Below, piece by piece: positions 1 through 19,839 of a stretch of DNA of 64,000 nt; position 1 is the stretch's first letter, and each line of letters opens with the position of its first letter. The stretch is from Macrostomum lignano. Its lineage: Eukaryota. The stretch covers positions 310,001 to 374,000 of the forward strand of contig NIVC01000309.1 of NCBI GenBank assembly GCA_002269645.1, read 5' to 3'. Made by a program: the position numbers and the translations under genes. The notes under the pieces were generated by a model. The model worked only from the letters and a program-made list of their open reading frames with translations, was not told the DNA's origin and did no database searches.

Positions 1-564
1 GGGCCTCGGCCTCCCGCCTGCCTGCGCGCTTTGCTGCTCCATGGGCACGACTGCGCCGGTTGCGCTCTCTGCGCCGCTGGGTGCGGCGGGCAGCACTGCG
101 CTGGCCGCGGGGGGTCTTGGCCTTGCCGCTGTTGGCTGCCGCAGCTTGAGGGCGCGGCACTCCGAGCCAACCTTGGCTATGCTCCGGGGCGATGCTCTGC
201 CCAGGGGTGCCAGGAGGTCGCGGCATATTTATACGCCAGGGGCGTATACTATTGCGCCATACTATAGTAATAAAATTAATACTATAGTAGTAATAATTTT
301 ATTTAGCTTACCTAAGTTATTCAATACATTAAAGCACCATTGTTTATCAAATTTCCCTAAGGCATGAAATGAAACTTTCCGAACATTAGCTATTATACCC
401 ATTTCTATTGCGCAATAGGCGCGAATGTTATACATTTAACTCTGACGGAAACTTGACCAATTATCACTCCCATTGTCTTTTATCCTATGCATCGCTATTC
501 TTCATCCCGACTCTTCATCCTCGTCCTAATCCTCGTCCCCATCCTCTTCATCATTCTTCATTCT

Positions 565-1925
565 CGTCCCATCCCGATTCTCCCATCCCGATTCTCCCAT
601 CCCGATTCTCCCATCCCGATTCTCCCTTCCCGATTCTCCCATCCCTGATTCTCCCATCCCGATTCTCCCATCCCGATTCGCTCATCCCGATTCTCCCATC
701 CCGATTCTCCCATCCCGATTCTCCCTTCCCGATTCTCCCTTCCCGATTCTCCCATCCCGATTCTCCCATCCCGATTCTCCCATCCCGATTCTCCCTTCCC
801 GATTCTCCCATCCCTGATTCTCCCATCCCGATTCTCCCATCCTGATTCCCCCATCCCGATTCTCCCATCCCGATTCTCCCATCCTGATTCCCCCATCCTG
901 ATTCTCCCTTCGCTGATTCTCCCATCCCGATTCTCCCTCCCCTGATTCTCCCATCCCGATTCTCCCATCCCGATTCGCTCATCCCTGATTCTCCCATCCC
1001 GATTCTCCCTCCCCTGATTCTCCCTTCCCGATTCTCCCATCCCGATTCTCCCATCCCGATTCTCCCATCCCGATTCTCCCATCCCGATTCTCCCATCCCG
1101 ATTCTCCCATCTTGATTCTCTCATCCTGATTCTCACATCCCGATTCTCCCATCCCGATTCTCTCATCCCGATTCCCCCATCCCGATTCTCCCTTCCCGAT
1201 CGTCATATCCCGATTCTCCCTTCCCTGATTCTCCCATCCCGATTCTCCCATCCCGATTCTCCTATCCCGATTCGCTCATCCCGATCGTCCCATCCCTGAT
1301 TCTCCCATCCCGATTCTCCCTCCCCTGATTCTCCCTTCCCTGATTCTCCCATCCCGATTCTCCCTCCCCTGATTCTCCCTTCCCTGATTCTCCCATCCCG
1401 ATTCTCCCATCCCGATTCTCCCATCCGGATTCTCCCATCCCGATTCTCCCATCCCGATTCTCTCATCCTGATTCTCACATCCCGATTCTCCCATCCCGAT
1501 TCTCTCATCCCGATTCTCCCATCCCGATTATCTCATCCTGATTCTCCCATCCCGATTCCCTCATCCCGATTCTCCCTTCCCGATCGTCATATCCCGATTC
1601 TCCCTTCCCTGATTCTCCCATCCCGATTCTCCCTTCCCGATTCTCCCATCCCTGATTCTCCCATCCTGATTTTCCCATCCTGATTCTCTCATCCCGATTC
1701 TCTCATCCCGATTCTCTCATCCTGATTCTCCCATCCCGATTCTCCCTTCCCGATTCTCCCATCCCCGATTCCCCCATCCCGATTCTCCCATCCCGATTCT
1801 CCCTTCCCGATTCTCCCATCTCGATTCTCCCTTCCCGATTCTCCCATCTCGATTCTCCCTTCCCTGATTCTCCCATCCCGATTCTCCCATCCCGATTCTC
1901 CCATCCCGATTTCCCATCCTGATTT
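565..1925. repeat. 14-bp minisatellite (ATCCCGATTCTCCC)n, ~95 units
   Basis: Direct tandem periodicity; accounts for the GESGWENRDGRIGM-type ORFs on the - strand. Confidence 0.97.
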
Positions 1926-3002
1926 GCCAGATTTTCACTTTGTCATCTTTTTATTGCTGCAAGAGCTGAATATAGTATGAAAAAACTGATTGAGCCAGTG
2001 TTGGTATTCTAGCCAACGCTAATAACCCGCAAGCCTGGTCCTTCCCTCACTTTTCCCTCCTTTCGCCGGGTCCCTAATGAATGCCGGCACTGGGGGCTAA
2101 ATCTAATTCCCCTCGCCGCGCAGAGCGTATTTAGGACCATACACAGTTTGTGCGGAGTCTGCAAGCCTTCCCTGCTTGCTATTTTACACGCAGGCAGCGG
2201 AGGCAACATACAATGTATACAGTTTTTGGCTATAGGGCTATTTGACAAGACTTGATGAAGCCGAGCAGACTCGGGGGGTTGGGGGAAGGGGAATCTATTT
2301 GAAGATGGGGAAAAGAGATACAAACTCGCTTCTTCTTCTTCTTCTGGTTAGGAAAACTGCGAAGGAGAGAAGGGGGTAGCGGTCAGGGTGTTCGGAATGG
2401 AAGGTGAGGTGAATCTCGAGGGGGGGATGGGAGGTAAAAGCGAGCTTTAAGAAGTAGACTTGTCACGTTCCCCCTCCGCCAACCCCCCTAACTCGGCGGC
2501 TTCGAGCAGCGTGAGTGCCCCAGCAGTCTGAAATATCGATTTTTCTTCCTTTCCCTTCTTTCCATCCTCGCCAATTTTTGCGCAGGGCCTAAACCTCAAC
2601 GAATCCCGTCATCTCGATTCTCCTGCGCCGTGTTGTGCCTTCCTCTACTGGGATGTCTCTTCACGTGCACTCCCAGCTTCCCTGAGCTGCTTATCTTTGA
2701 AATCTTTCTGTGTATTCCTGAAAAATATGAATTCGAGTATTAAGAGAAATCTAGCGTAGCTTTGATCAAATCTATCTATACAGTGCCAATTTTATATAAT
2801 TTGAAAATCCAAGATTTCCCGGGAACTTTCACTGGGTCCTTCTTTTACTGGGTTCGTTGCCTGTCACCAACTGTGTACTTATTTTTGAGAGCAGTCCCGT
2901 AACCTGTATTCTAAGTCAGTAATTATAGGATCTAAGCATTCTGAGCCCTTCTAACACCGCCGCTCACAAGGATTTGTCTAAAGCACTCACTGTAGCACTG
3001 CA

Positions 3003-3407
3003 GTAGGGTCTGTCACTCCGAGCCCACGGTCAGTATAGGATCTGTCACTCCGACCCCACGGTCAGTAGGATCTGTCACTCCGAGCCCACGGTCAGTATAG
3101 GATCTGTCACTCCGAGCCCACGGTCAGTAGGATCTGTCACTCTGACCCCACGGTCAGTATAGGATCTGTCACTCCGAGCCCACGGTCAGTATAGGATCTG
3201 TCACTCCGAGCCCACGGTCAGTAGGATCTGTCACTCTGACCCCACGGTCAGTATATGATCTGTCACTCCGAGCCCACGGTCAGTATAGGATCTGTCACTC
3301 CGACCCCACGGTCAGTAGGATCTGTCACTCCGAGCCCATGGTCAGTGGAATCTGTCACTCCGAGCCCACGAATTGTTAAAGCACTCACTGCAGTAGGATC
3401 TGTCACT
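3003..3407. repeat. 30/32-bp minisatellite GGATCTGTCACTCCGAGCCCACGGTCAGTA(TA), ~12 units
   Basis: Tandem units; bracketed by the 14-bp direct repeat TAAAGCACTCACTG at 2979-2992 and 3377-3390. Confidence 0.95.
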
Positions 3408-4189
3408 GCCAACGGTTGCAACCGTGAATTAATATTGTGAAAGCTCATCCATGGCTTGGCTTTGAATGAACCAATGACTAAAACTATTTTGTTGCAAAAT
3501 GACTAGACAATGAGCGGCAGAGGATCAAACGGCGCCTTTAACAATATGCTTTTATCTACGGAGAAGACAGGGGAGGAAAGGGGCAGAAGACGCCCCAAAC
3601 GAAATTAGACACTGAATCATAAATGGGATTCTGCTTTGAAAGAGGCTTTACCAGCAGTCTCGCAGAAACTGTAGCAGCAATAATTTCTCAAAGGCAGGTG
3701 GCACTCGCTACATCTTGCTTTTAGAAGAGGCCCGGCTCTGAAATTGACTCCCTCCACCTGCTCGCGTGCGAGAGGAGAAGCAAAAAAATGGGATTCGAAA
3801 TCAAAAGAGACCCTTCTTCTCCCAAGGGGATTTTCGTGCATGCTGGCGAAAGAGCTTCAGTTTGCCAATCAGAAAATATTCTGAGCAGGAGAGAAAGCTG
3901 CAAGCTTCCGATGCGGGGATGAAAAAGACAAAGAGGCGGGACGGAGTGGGGATGCTGTATTTTTTATCAAATTTCCTTCTGCTTTTTCAATGCAAAAAGC
4001 TATTAGAAATAAACCTTGCACATCATCTGATAAATACACAGAGTGCTACTGGAGCGCCACTTAAAGTAGTATAGTTAGTGTATTTTTGTAAAATCAACGT
4101 AATAAATGTAACATTTTTGTTAAGTTCAATCCGACAATCCCTATTATATAGTGCCTTTAGCGAAATCCCTAATCAGAACCCCAAAAGCA

Positions 4190-4600
4190 AAATCCCTGCG
4201 CAGAGTCCCTAATGCAGAGTCCCTAATGCAGAGTCCCTAATGTAGAGTCCCTAATGCAGAGTCCCTAATGCAGAGTCCCTAATTCAGAGTCCCTAATGCA
4301 GAATCCTTAATGCAGAATCCCTAATGCAGAATCCCTAATGCAGAATCCTTAATGCAGAGTCCCTAATGCAGAGTCCCTAATTCAGAGTCCCTAATGCAGA
4401 GTCCCTAATGCAGAGTCCCTAATGCAGAGTCCCTAATGCAGAGTCCCTAATGCAGAGTCCCTAATGCAGAGTCCCTAATGCAGAGTCCCTAATGCAGAGT
4501 CCCTAATGCAGAGTCCCTAATGTAGAGTCCCTAATGCAGAGTCCCTAATGCAGAGTCCCTAATGCAGAATCCCTAACTCGAATCCCTAAAGCAGAATCTT
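4190..4600. repeat. 14-bp minisatellite (GCAGAGTCCCTAAT)n
   Basis: Direct tandem periodicity. Confidence 0.95.
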
Positions 4601-4999
4601 CAGAACAGTAACTCTTACAACGTAATTCTTAATGCAGAGAGAGTTCAGGGACCCCAATTGAGGAACTTTGAGTTTCAGTTTCAAAGCGTTACTATTTAAG
4701 ATGAGTTCTTGTACACACTTACTTAGTTAAAATGCAGCAAATTAAACAATTCACAAACGCATTAATTGCCAGCTTATTTTCCCGCGCAAAATCAAAAGAG
4801 AAGCAGCTAAAATTTCAGTTTTATTTCATGCAAAGAACAGCCAAGCAATTTGTTGTAAGGCTACAAAAGAAAAAAGTGTCGAACAATGAATCAAATAAAT
4901 ATTGATCAATTGATTTCGCATCCTAAAAGAATTGTAATGCGCGATGATACTACCGTTTTCAACTTCAACAGTAGCAAATTGCGAACACGGTCATGAAAG

Positions 5000-5005
5000 T
5001 TTATT
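5000..5005 (-). terminator. candidate polyadenylation signal AATAAA of the EF-hand gene
   Basis: TTTATT on the + strand, ~120 nt downstream of the stop codon. Confidence 0.5.
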
Positions 5006-5124
5006 CAACTTGATAATAAGCTACTTAGAATGTTAAAGACAGCAGTAATATGTTGCGCGCATTAAATTCAAGTTTTTATAATGATTGTTATTTTGCAATT
5101 AAATGTTTAGTTGAATGTTGAGTA

Positions 5125-5523
5125 CTACTGCATCAGAGCGACAAATTCCAGATAGTTGAGGTTCCCGTCGCCGTCCTTGTCAGCGGCGGCCAGCTTGGCG
5201 GGGTCCACGGACTTGCCCAGCTTGGTGGCCAGCTGCGCGATTTCCTCCTTGCCCAGCAGCCCGTTGCCATCCGTGTCCAGGGCGCGATAGTCGGCCAAGA
5301 ATTTCAGATCCGGCAGAGGCGCGAAAGTCTTATTGGCTACGGGCTCGAATTCGCCGAATTCAATCTTGCCATTGCCATCTTTGTCCACTTCTTTCATCAG
5401 TTCGGCAATTTTTGCGTCGGGCTGATCGCTGGTGAAAGCGCGGACCAGAGCGGCGAACTCCTGCTTGTCCAGACTGCCGCTCTTGTCGGCGTCGAAGGCA
5501 TCGAACAGCTGGCGGGCGCTCAT
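5125..5523 (-). CDS. intronless 132-aa calmodulin-like protein with four EF hands
   Basis: ATG at 5523 (MSARQLFDAF...). Four canonical loops: DADKSGSLDKQE, DKDGNGKIEFGE, DTDGNGLLGKEE, DKDGDGNLNYLE. GC3-rich codons, TATA box upstream, AATAAA downstream. Confidence 0.93.
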   Translation of the reverse strand: MSARQLFDAFDADKSGSLDKQEFAALVRAFTSDQPDAKIAELMKEVDKDGNGKIEFGEFEPVANKTFAPLPDLKFLADYRALDTDGNGLLGKEEIAQLATKLGKSVDPAKLAAADKDGDGNLNYLEFVALMQ

Positions 5524-5623
5524 TCTCTTTATTGGGTGTAGTTGAAGGATGTCGCCTGGAGACTGCGGTATTGCGAACAGAAATGGGGGCGAAGAATTGT
5601 GCGAGCCGCGCTGAATGGGGGCA

Positions 5624-5631
5624 TTTTTATA
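5624..5631 (-). promoter_or_regulatory. TATA box (TATAAAAA) of the EF-hand gene
   Basis: Perfect TATAAAAA on the - strand, ~100 nt upstream of the ATG. Confidence 0.65.
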
Positions 5632-6091
5632 AGAAATCAAGTGGACTTTGATAAGATTAGACCAACTGGCTCTGAGTTAAATTGAAATAGCGGCTTCTAA
5701 ATGGCTTCTAATCTAATCTGTATTAAAGTGGTCTGGTGGCTGACAAAACTAAATTTGTATCGCAAATTTGATTTCATTTGGCATCCAGTCTATTTTTAGA
5801 GTTGTCAAACTATTTTTCTCTGTTTTTCTAAATCTGAGTTGCGGCAAGAATAGAAAAAGGAAAAAATATTCTACAGACGAGGGTCACGAGACACGTCTGC
5901 GAGGCCTGGTTATTGACAGCCTACTTATCTACCTTGCAGAGAAACGCATGGATCATTGATTTGAATTATTTTATTACTTAGCCATGCCACAGGTCTTCGC
6001 GTGCGTCACTGTGCGTCGCACCATTTCATTCGGCTCTGAAAGTACATGTATCAGCCTTCTGAAAGCAGTCACCTGTCACAGAGAGTGAGCT

Positions 6092-7026
6092 TGGAGTGAC
6101 AAATCCGTGTGAATGATCTGTTACAGATAGGGTCACCCGGAGTGACAAATCCGAGTGAATGATCTGTTACAGATAGGGTCACCCGGAGTGACAAATCCGA
6201 GTGAATGATCTGTTAATGAGAGTGTCATCTGGAGTGACAGATTCGTGTCAATGATCTATTACAGATAGGGTCACCCGGAGTGACAAATCCGAGTGAATGA
6301 TCTGTTACAGATAGGGTCACCCGGAGTGACAAATCCGAGTGAATGATCTGTTACAGATAGGGTCGCCCGGAGTGACAAATCCGAGTGAAAGATCTGTTAC
6401 TGAGAGTGTCACTCGGAGTGACAGATTCGAGTGAATTATCTGTTAGAGAGGGTGTCACTCGGAGTGACAGATTCAAGTGAATTATCTGTTAGAGAGGGTG
6501 TCACTCGGAGTGACAGATTCGAGTGAATTATCTGTTAGAGAGGGTGTCACTCGGAGTGACAGATTCAAGTGAATTATCTGTTAGAGAGGGTGTCACTCGG
6601 AGTGACAGATTCGAGTGAATTATCTGTTAGAGAGGGTGTCACTCGGAGTGACAGATTCAAGTGAATTATCTGTTAGAGAGGGTGTCACTTGGAGTGACAG
6701 ATTCGAGTGAATTATCTGTTAGAGAGAGTGTCACTCGGAGTGACAGATTCAAGTGAATTATCTGTTAGAGAGGGTGTCACTCGGAGTGACAGATTCGAGT
6801 GAATTATCTGTTAGAGAGAGTGTCACTCGGAGTGACAGATTCGAGTGAATTATCTGTTAGAGAGGGTGTCACTCGGAGTGACAGATTCGAGTGAATTATC
6901 TGTTAGAGAGGGTGTCACTCGGAGTGACAGATTCGAGTGAATTATCTGTTAGAGAGAGTGTCACTCGGAGTGACAAATTCGAGTGAATTATCTGTTAGAG
7001 AGAGTGTCACTCGGAGTGACAGATCC
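6092..7026. repeat. 46-bp minisatellite with an internal palindrome (TGTCACTC-G-GAGTGACA), ~20 units
   Basis: Unit GGAGTGACAGATTCGAGTGAATTATCTGTTAGAGAGGGTGTCACTC; no unique spacers. Confidence 0.96.
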
Positions 7027-8561
7027 TGGACCTTGTAATTCGTCTCGTTGTGCGACCGTGTCGTTGTCATCATTATTTTACATTTTTGAAAGACTTTATG
7101 AATGTTATTTCAACGCCAATATGTACTTATCAACCTTATATTGTGTCTTTGCCAGCTTTGTAAAGGTTGTTTTTTGCTAGCAAAATCCTGTGTTTTGTCA
7201 TTTTCATCAAGTATCCTTGTCAACCTTTTCCTGCATCTTTGAAACGGCTCTCATTCACAAGAACCATACTAGCGTATTAAAAATCAGAAAGAACCCGATC
7301 TGCTCTAGGTCTTTTAATTCCTGCAAGAGTTTTCTCAAATTTTCCATTTTCTGGATAGAGAGAATTTGAAACTGTGAAATAAATCTGACAGAAGTCAGTG
7401 CGCAATGCCTGCCGAGACATGCACAGTAACTATGCCAACAAACAAATATGCTCTAAAGCCTTCTGAGCAGCCCAGCAAAGATAAGATAGGTGAAAAATAG
7501 CGCTAGGAAAGTTAAAGCGAGGTAGCGGTTAAAATGTTTCGCAGCTCTAATCACTGCTTGAAGTGTTGCAGGTACACAAAATTCAGGGACACGAGCAAAC
7601 TTTTGTGTTGCGCACCCTCTCAAGAATCAAGTCGTGTTGAGGCTTTCGTTTTGTCAGATTCCATTTTGCTAGAAGGTTTTTGATGTTTCCCATAAGCGCT
7701 CGGGCATTTGTGCAGCTTTGCCAAGCCTTCAAATTTCATCAGCTCGCCAACACAAGTGCCTGCAGCAGCTCTGACTGTGTTGGTCACTGGCCTTCACCCA
7801 GGCGAAGCTTCTGGACCTTCAACAGGTAGCACCAAGGTGACTATAGACACCTTATTGCGAATTTCTCGAGTTTCGCTGATCAAGCCTTGACAGTGGACAA
7901 GCCTCGACTGCTGGACAGATAAAAAAAACAAAGGAAAGTTAGCGCAGAGTATGATAGCTACTAGTGTACACTAGATATGTCGCAAAAATTTCATGTGGAC
8001 TTGCGTAGAAATTTTAAAAATCTCTTTCGGGGATCCATTGTAACTTGGTGACGTCTGTTGAAGGTCGAAGCTTGAAAAACTGGTTGAAGTTATTTGGTAA
8101 TTGATGTTTGGTCATTATTGATGCTTGATAAGAAAAATCTGACATACATGTACGAGCTACTTGGTACCACTAGTTAAATGTCCAGAAATCGGTTGAGTGA
8201 AGGATAGTAACCAACGAATTCGCTTCTGTATACCAAAATTAAATACCATAAGATTCGTTTCTATCCGTTGCGTATCCAGTAAGAGAAGCCGGCAAAGCTT
8301 TCTATGATCGCCTGTTTCGGCCATAGACAATTCAATCATTGCAGTTAATGTGAAGCGTGAATTTAAGTTAATGGCTAAATTGCCACTCGTATTACTACGA
8401 TATAATAAATAAATCGAGTTTTACCATAGAGAACAAGCCAGTTGCAGAGAGCCAATTACGGAGAACGGGGTGAATTCGTCTTCCCAAATTTTCGGCACAA
8501 GAATTCCACGATTTTCCTCATCCAAATTTGGGCTTTGAAGCATTTGTCATGTAACATTCTA

Positions 8562-8888
8562 CACCATTTTACCCTCGCTTTTGAACAAACTCCGTTTCAC
8601 TTTAGACAGTCGGAACTTCAGTTTAGACACTTTTAGACTGGAGCCCCGAATCTACATTCACTATCGACAAACTCCGTTTCGGTATCGACAGCTAAGCTTT
8701 GTGCTGCTACACTTCTATCTATTTACATAGGCAAGTAAGGAAACGCACATCCAGATCTAGGCGAAACTCCCTTTCACTTTCGACAAACGCCACTTCTCCT
8801 TAAATAGTCTATGGTCTAAGCTGCTGAAACTCCGTTTCATTTTAGTCAACCAACATTCAAGATAGACAAGATACATTCACTTTAGACA
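8562..8888. repeat. left TIR (327 bp) with four ~22-bp internal direct repeats
   Basis: AAACTCCGTTTCACTTTAGACA-like repeats at 8587-8608, 8669-8690, 8764-8785 and 8827-8848. Confidence 0.93.
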
Positions 8889-9144
8889 TGAACTCACACG
8901 GGAGGTGTGCAAAGGTTTATTAAGCATGTTCATGGAAATTTCCAAGGATAAAAACTTTCATTGTAACGGAAGATGGCGTGCAACGAGAATTTTTTATCAA
9001 TAAACAGTTAGTTTGGTGGCCTAATTTAAAAGGCATTTGAGAATGCAGGACTGTTCCGAAAAATGTTTGTTTAACAGCGTCGTGATTAAAACGGCAAAGC
9101 CAGCAGAAGCGAAACGATAGTTCAGCGATGGGTTCTGATTTCCA

Positions 9145-10287
9145 TTAGCCATCAATCGGCTGAGACGCCAAGCACCGTGGCAGATACCTGAAGCAATGGC
9201 TGAGCCACCGTGCCACCTTCTCTGGAGTGATGCAGTCGGCGGTGCCGTCCACCTCACGGAGTAGAATGTCTCGGCGGTACGCCGCCAGGCTGCGACCAGC
9301 AAGCTGCTGCTCGGTCGGCCTGATGAAGGAATCTTGGATCGCCGACAGTCGACGCTTCAGAGCCGCCTTCCAGCATGATATCGCGTTCTCAACTGGGGTG
9401 AGAAATGGACTGTAGGGTGGCAGTCGTCTCACTTCCACAGCGTCTTCGACCTCGTAGCTTTCGGCGTCATTGTGGCTGCTGACGTTGTCTATGACAACAC
9501 TGATGCTGCTGTCTGGAAACACGCTGTGGAAGTTGGCGATTGTGATTGTGAGAAACTCGCCGAATCTCTCCTTTGTCATGCCGCTGTCGTATGACTGGAA
9601 GTGCACGATTCCAGCAGTTGGGCTTACTGCCAGGCAGACTGTGATGCGCTGTCCCTTCTGTCCAGAAACCTGTCGGTACACGCGCTGTCCACGAAGAGAT
9701 CGTCCATAGGATCGCCGCATCCATGTGTTGAAGCCAAACTCGTCAATAAAAATCTTCTCTGTGTCAGATGCTTCGGGCGAGCACATCCACTGAGCAAATT
9801 GCTCACGAGCGGCTACAACCCTTGGCGAGTTGCGCTCAGCTGGAAGATCTCGTGCCAGCTTCGTTGTGAACAGTGCACCGTCGAGTTTTATGCTCAGTGT
9901 CTTTTCTGAGACATGCTGCTTCTCAGGAAAAGCTTGTCTGAGCATGGTGTTCATCTCTTTCAGAGTCAGCAATGGATTCTGCTCCACGATTGCGCACAAA
10001 TATTCTTGCATCTCACCATCCCACTTCACATTCTTGGCTCCGCCGCACGAAAGCTTCTCCACTCGTCCACTCCTCACAATGGAATATGCGGTCGTTCTCT
10101 TGATGCCAAGTTGAGAGGCCAGTAGGATAAAATCTTCGCCCTTCTGGTAAGTGGAGAGAAGTCGCTGCCTGTCCTGGTTGCTCACTGGCTGTCGCTGTTG
10201 CGCTGGAGCCTCCTCTTCAAAGTCGCTTTCACTTTCGTCTTCGTAACCAGGCTCCTCTTCTAGGTACGAATCTTCGCTGTCCTCCAT
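9145..10287 (-). CDS. DDE_3-type (IS630/Tc1-like) transposase, 380 aa
   Basis: N-terminal HTH-like segment (ASQLGIKRTTAYSIV); catalytic motifs IFIDEFGFN, VVIDNVSSH and LPPYSPFLTPVE; no stops or frameshifts. Confidence 0.96.
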   Translation of the reverse strand: MEDSEDSYLEEEPGYEDESESDFEEEAPAQQRQPVSNQDRQRLLSTYQKGEDFILLASQLGIKRTTAYSIVRSGRVEKLSCGGAKNVKWDGEMQEYLCAIVEQNPLLTLKEMNTMLRQAFPEKQHVSEKTLSIKLDGALFTTKLARDLPAERNSPRVVAAREQFAQWMCSPEASDTEKIFIDEFGFNTWMRRSYGRSLRGQRVYRQVSGQKGQRITVCLAVSPTAGIVHFQSYDSGMTKERFGEFLTITIANFHSVFPDSSISVVIDNVSSHNDAESYEVEDAVEVRRLPPYSPFLTPVENAISCWKAALKRRLSAIQDSFIRPTEQQLAGRSLAAYRRDILLREVDGTADCITPEKVARWLSHCFRYLPRCLASQPIDG

Positions 10288-10514
10288 CTTTTTCAGGGCT
10301 TGCTTTAGCGAATATCTTTAGCGAATAGGCTTCAGTGTTTGGAGCGAAGGGAGAGTAGGCTGAGACTTTGGTTCGGAAGTTCGGAAGGTCTGGCCGGCGA
10401 CCCTGCCACCTCACACTGTTCAAAGGGACGAAAAGGGTGTCTTAAAAGGTATCTATGGTCAAAACCCATCTTTCAGCCAACACTAGGCGTAAACAAATGA
10501 CGCATCTAAGAATC

Positions 10515-10841
10515 TGTCTAAAGTGAATGTATCTTGTCTATCTTGAATGTTGGTTGACTAAAATGAAACGGAGTTTCAGCAGCTTAGACCATAGACTATT
10601 TAAGGAGAAGTGGCGTTTGTCGAAAGTGAAAGGGAGTTTCGCCTAGATCTGGATGTGCGTTTCCTTACTTGCCTATGTAAATAGATAGAAGTGTAGCAGC
10701 ACAAAGCTTAGCTGTCGATACCGAAACGGAGTTTGTCGATAGTGAATGTAGATTCGGGGCTCCAGTCTAAAAGTGTCTAAACTGAAGTTCCGACTGTCTA
10801 AAGTGAAACGGAGTTTGTTCAAAAGCGAGGGTAAAATGGTG
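10515..10841. repeat. right TIR (327 bp)
   Basis: Reverse complement of 8562-8888. Confidence 0.93.
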
Positions 10842-11067
10842 TACGAGTATGCAGTCACTCCACTGAGATCGGCAGTGCAGTCGCTATAGTCTATGGTCGA
10901 TTTTTTAAAACAAACTATGGTAAACGGCCATAGACAAATTTTGTTACTTTTAAGAGAGAAGGGAACAGGGGAAAGGATCTCTCAGTTAGCTATAAAGTAA
11001 GTCGTGTTGAAAGTCAAAACCCATCTTCTTAGGAATAGCATCTGGCATAAGTAGGACTCGATCGCGA

Positions 11068-19607
<8,540 letters not shown>

Positions 19608-19839
19608 TTATGGTCATTAATACTACTATTAAATTAAGTAGAATAACAGGAGTTTTGTTGTTCGATTTTCTGCAAATGTTTTGCTTGCAGCTGAGACTCA
19701 CTCCTCACGGCTGGCTGATGGCGATCGCTTCTGTTAATTTTTTGGCTACTATATGTCTGCTTTCAGCTTCCTTACTTATGAAACGTTTCTATTAATATGT
19801 TGAATTTGGAATTGTTGCGGAAATCACTGTTGCTACCGG

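Larger units (their letters stand above)
8562..10841 (-). mobile_element. IS630-Tc1-mariner superfamily DNA transposon, 2280 bp, apparently intact
   Basis: TA at 8560-8561 and 10842-10843. Inverted repeats 8562-8888 and 10515-10841 (327 bp each; no mismatch found by eye). Single transposase ORF inside. Confidence 0.96.

Noticed and set aside
5524-5640. N-terminal extension of the EF-hand ORF from 5640
   Set aside because: It starts at TTG, overlaps the TATA box and has no EF-hand similarity; the ATG at 5523 fits better.
6092-7026. CRISPR-like appearance of the palindromic 46-bp repeat (also the 57-bp and 32-bp arrays)
   Set aside because: No unique spacers, no cas genes, and a eukaryotic context.
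7200-8340. Coding-like - strand segments with a strong acceptor at 7911
   Set aside because: Every frame hits stops within ~40 codons and I recognise no motif; at most a decayed gene or TE.
9145-10287. Bacterial IS630 or contamination
   Set aside because: Long IR/DR TIRs and clean TA-flanked integration among spliceosomal genes indicate a eukaryotic ITm element.
10458-11027. 15-bp exact match GTCAAAACCCATCTT inside the transposon and in the host promoter
   Set aside because: About two such matches are expected by chance in 64 kb, and the match does not extend.
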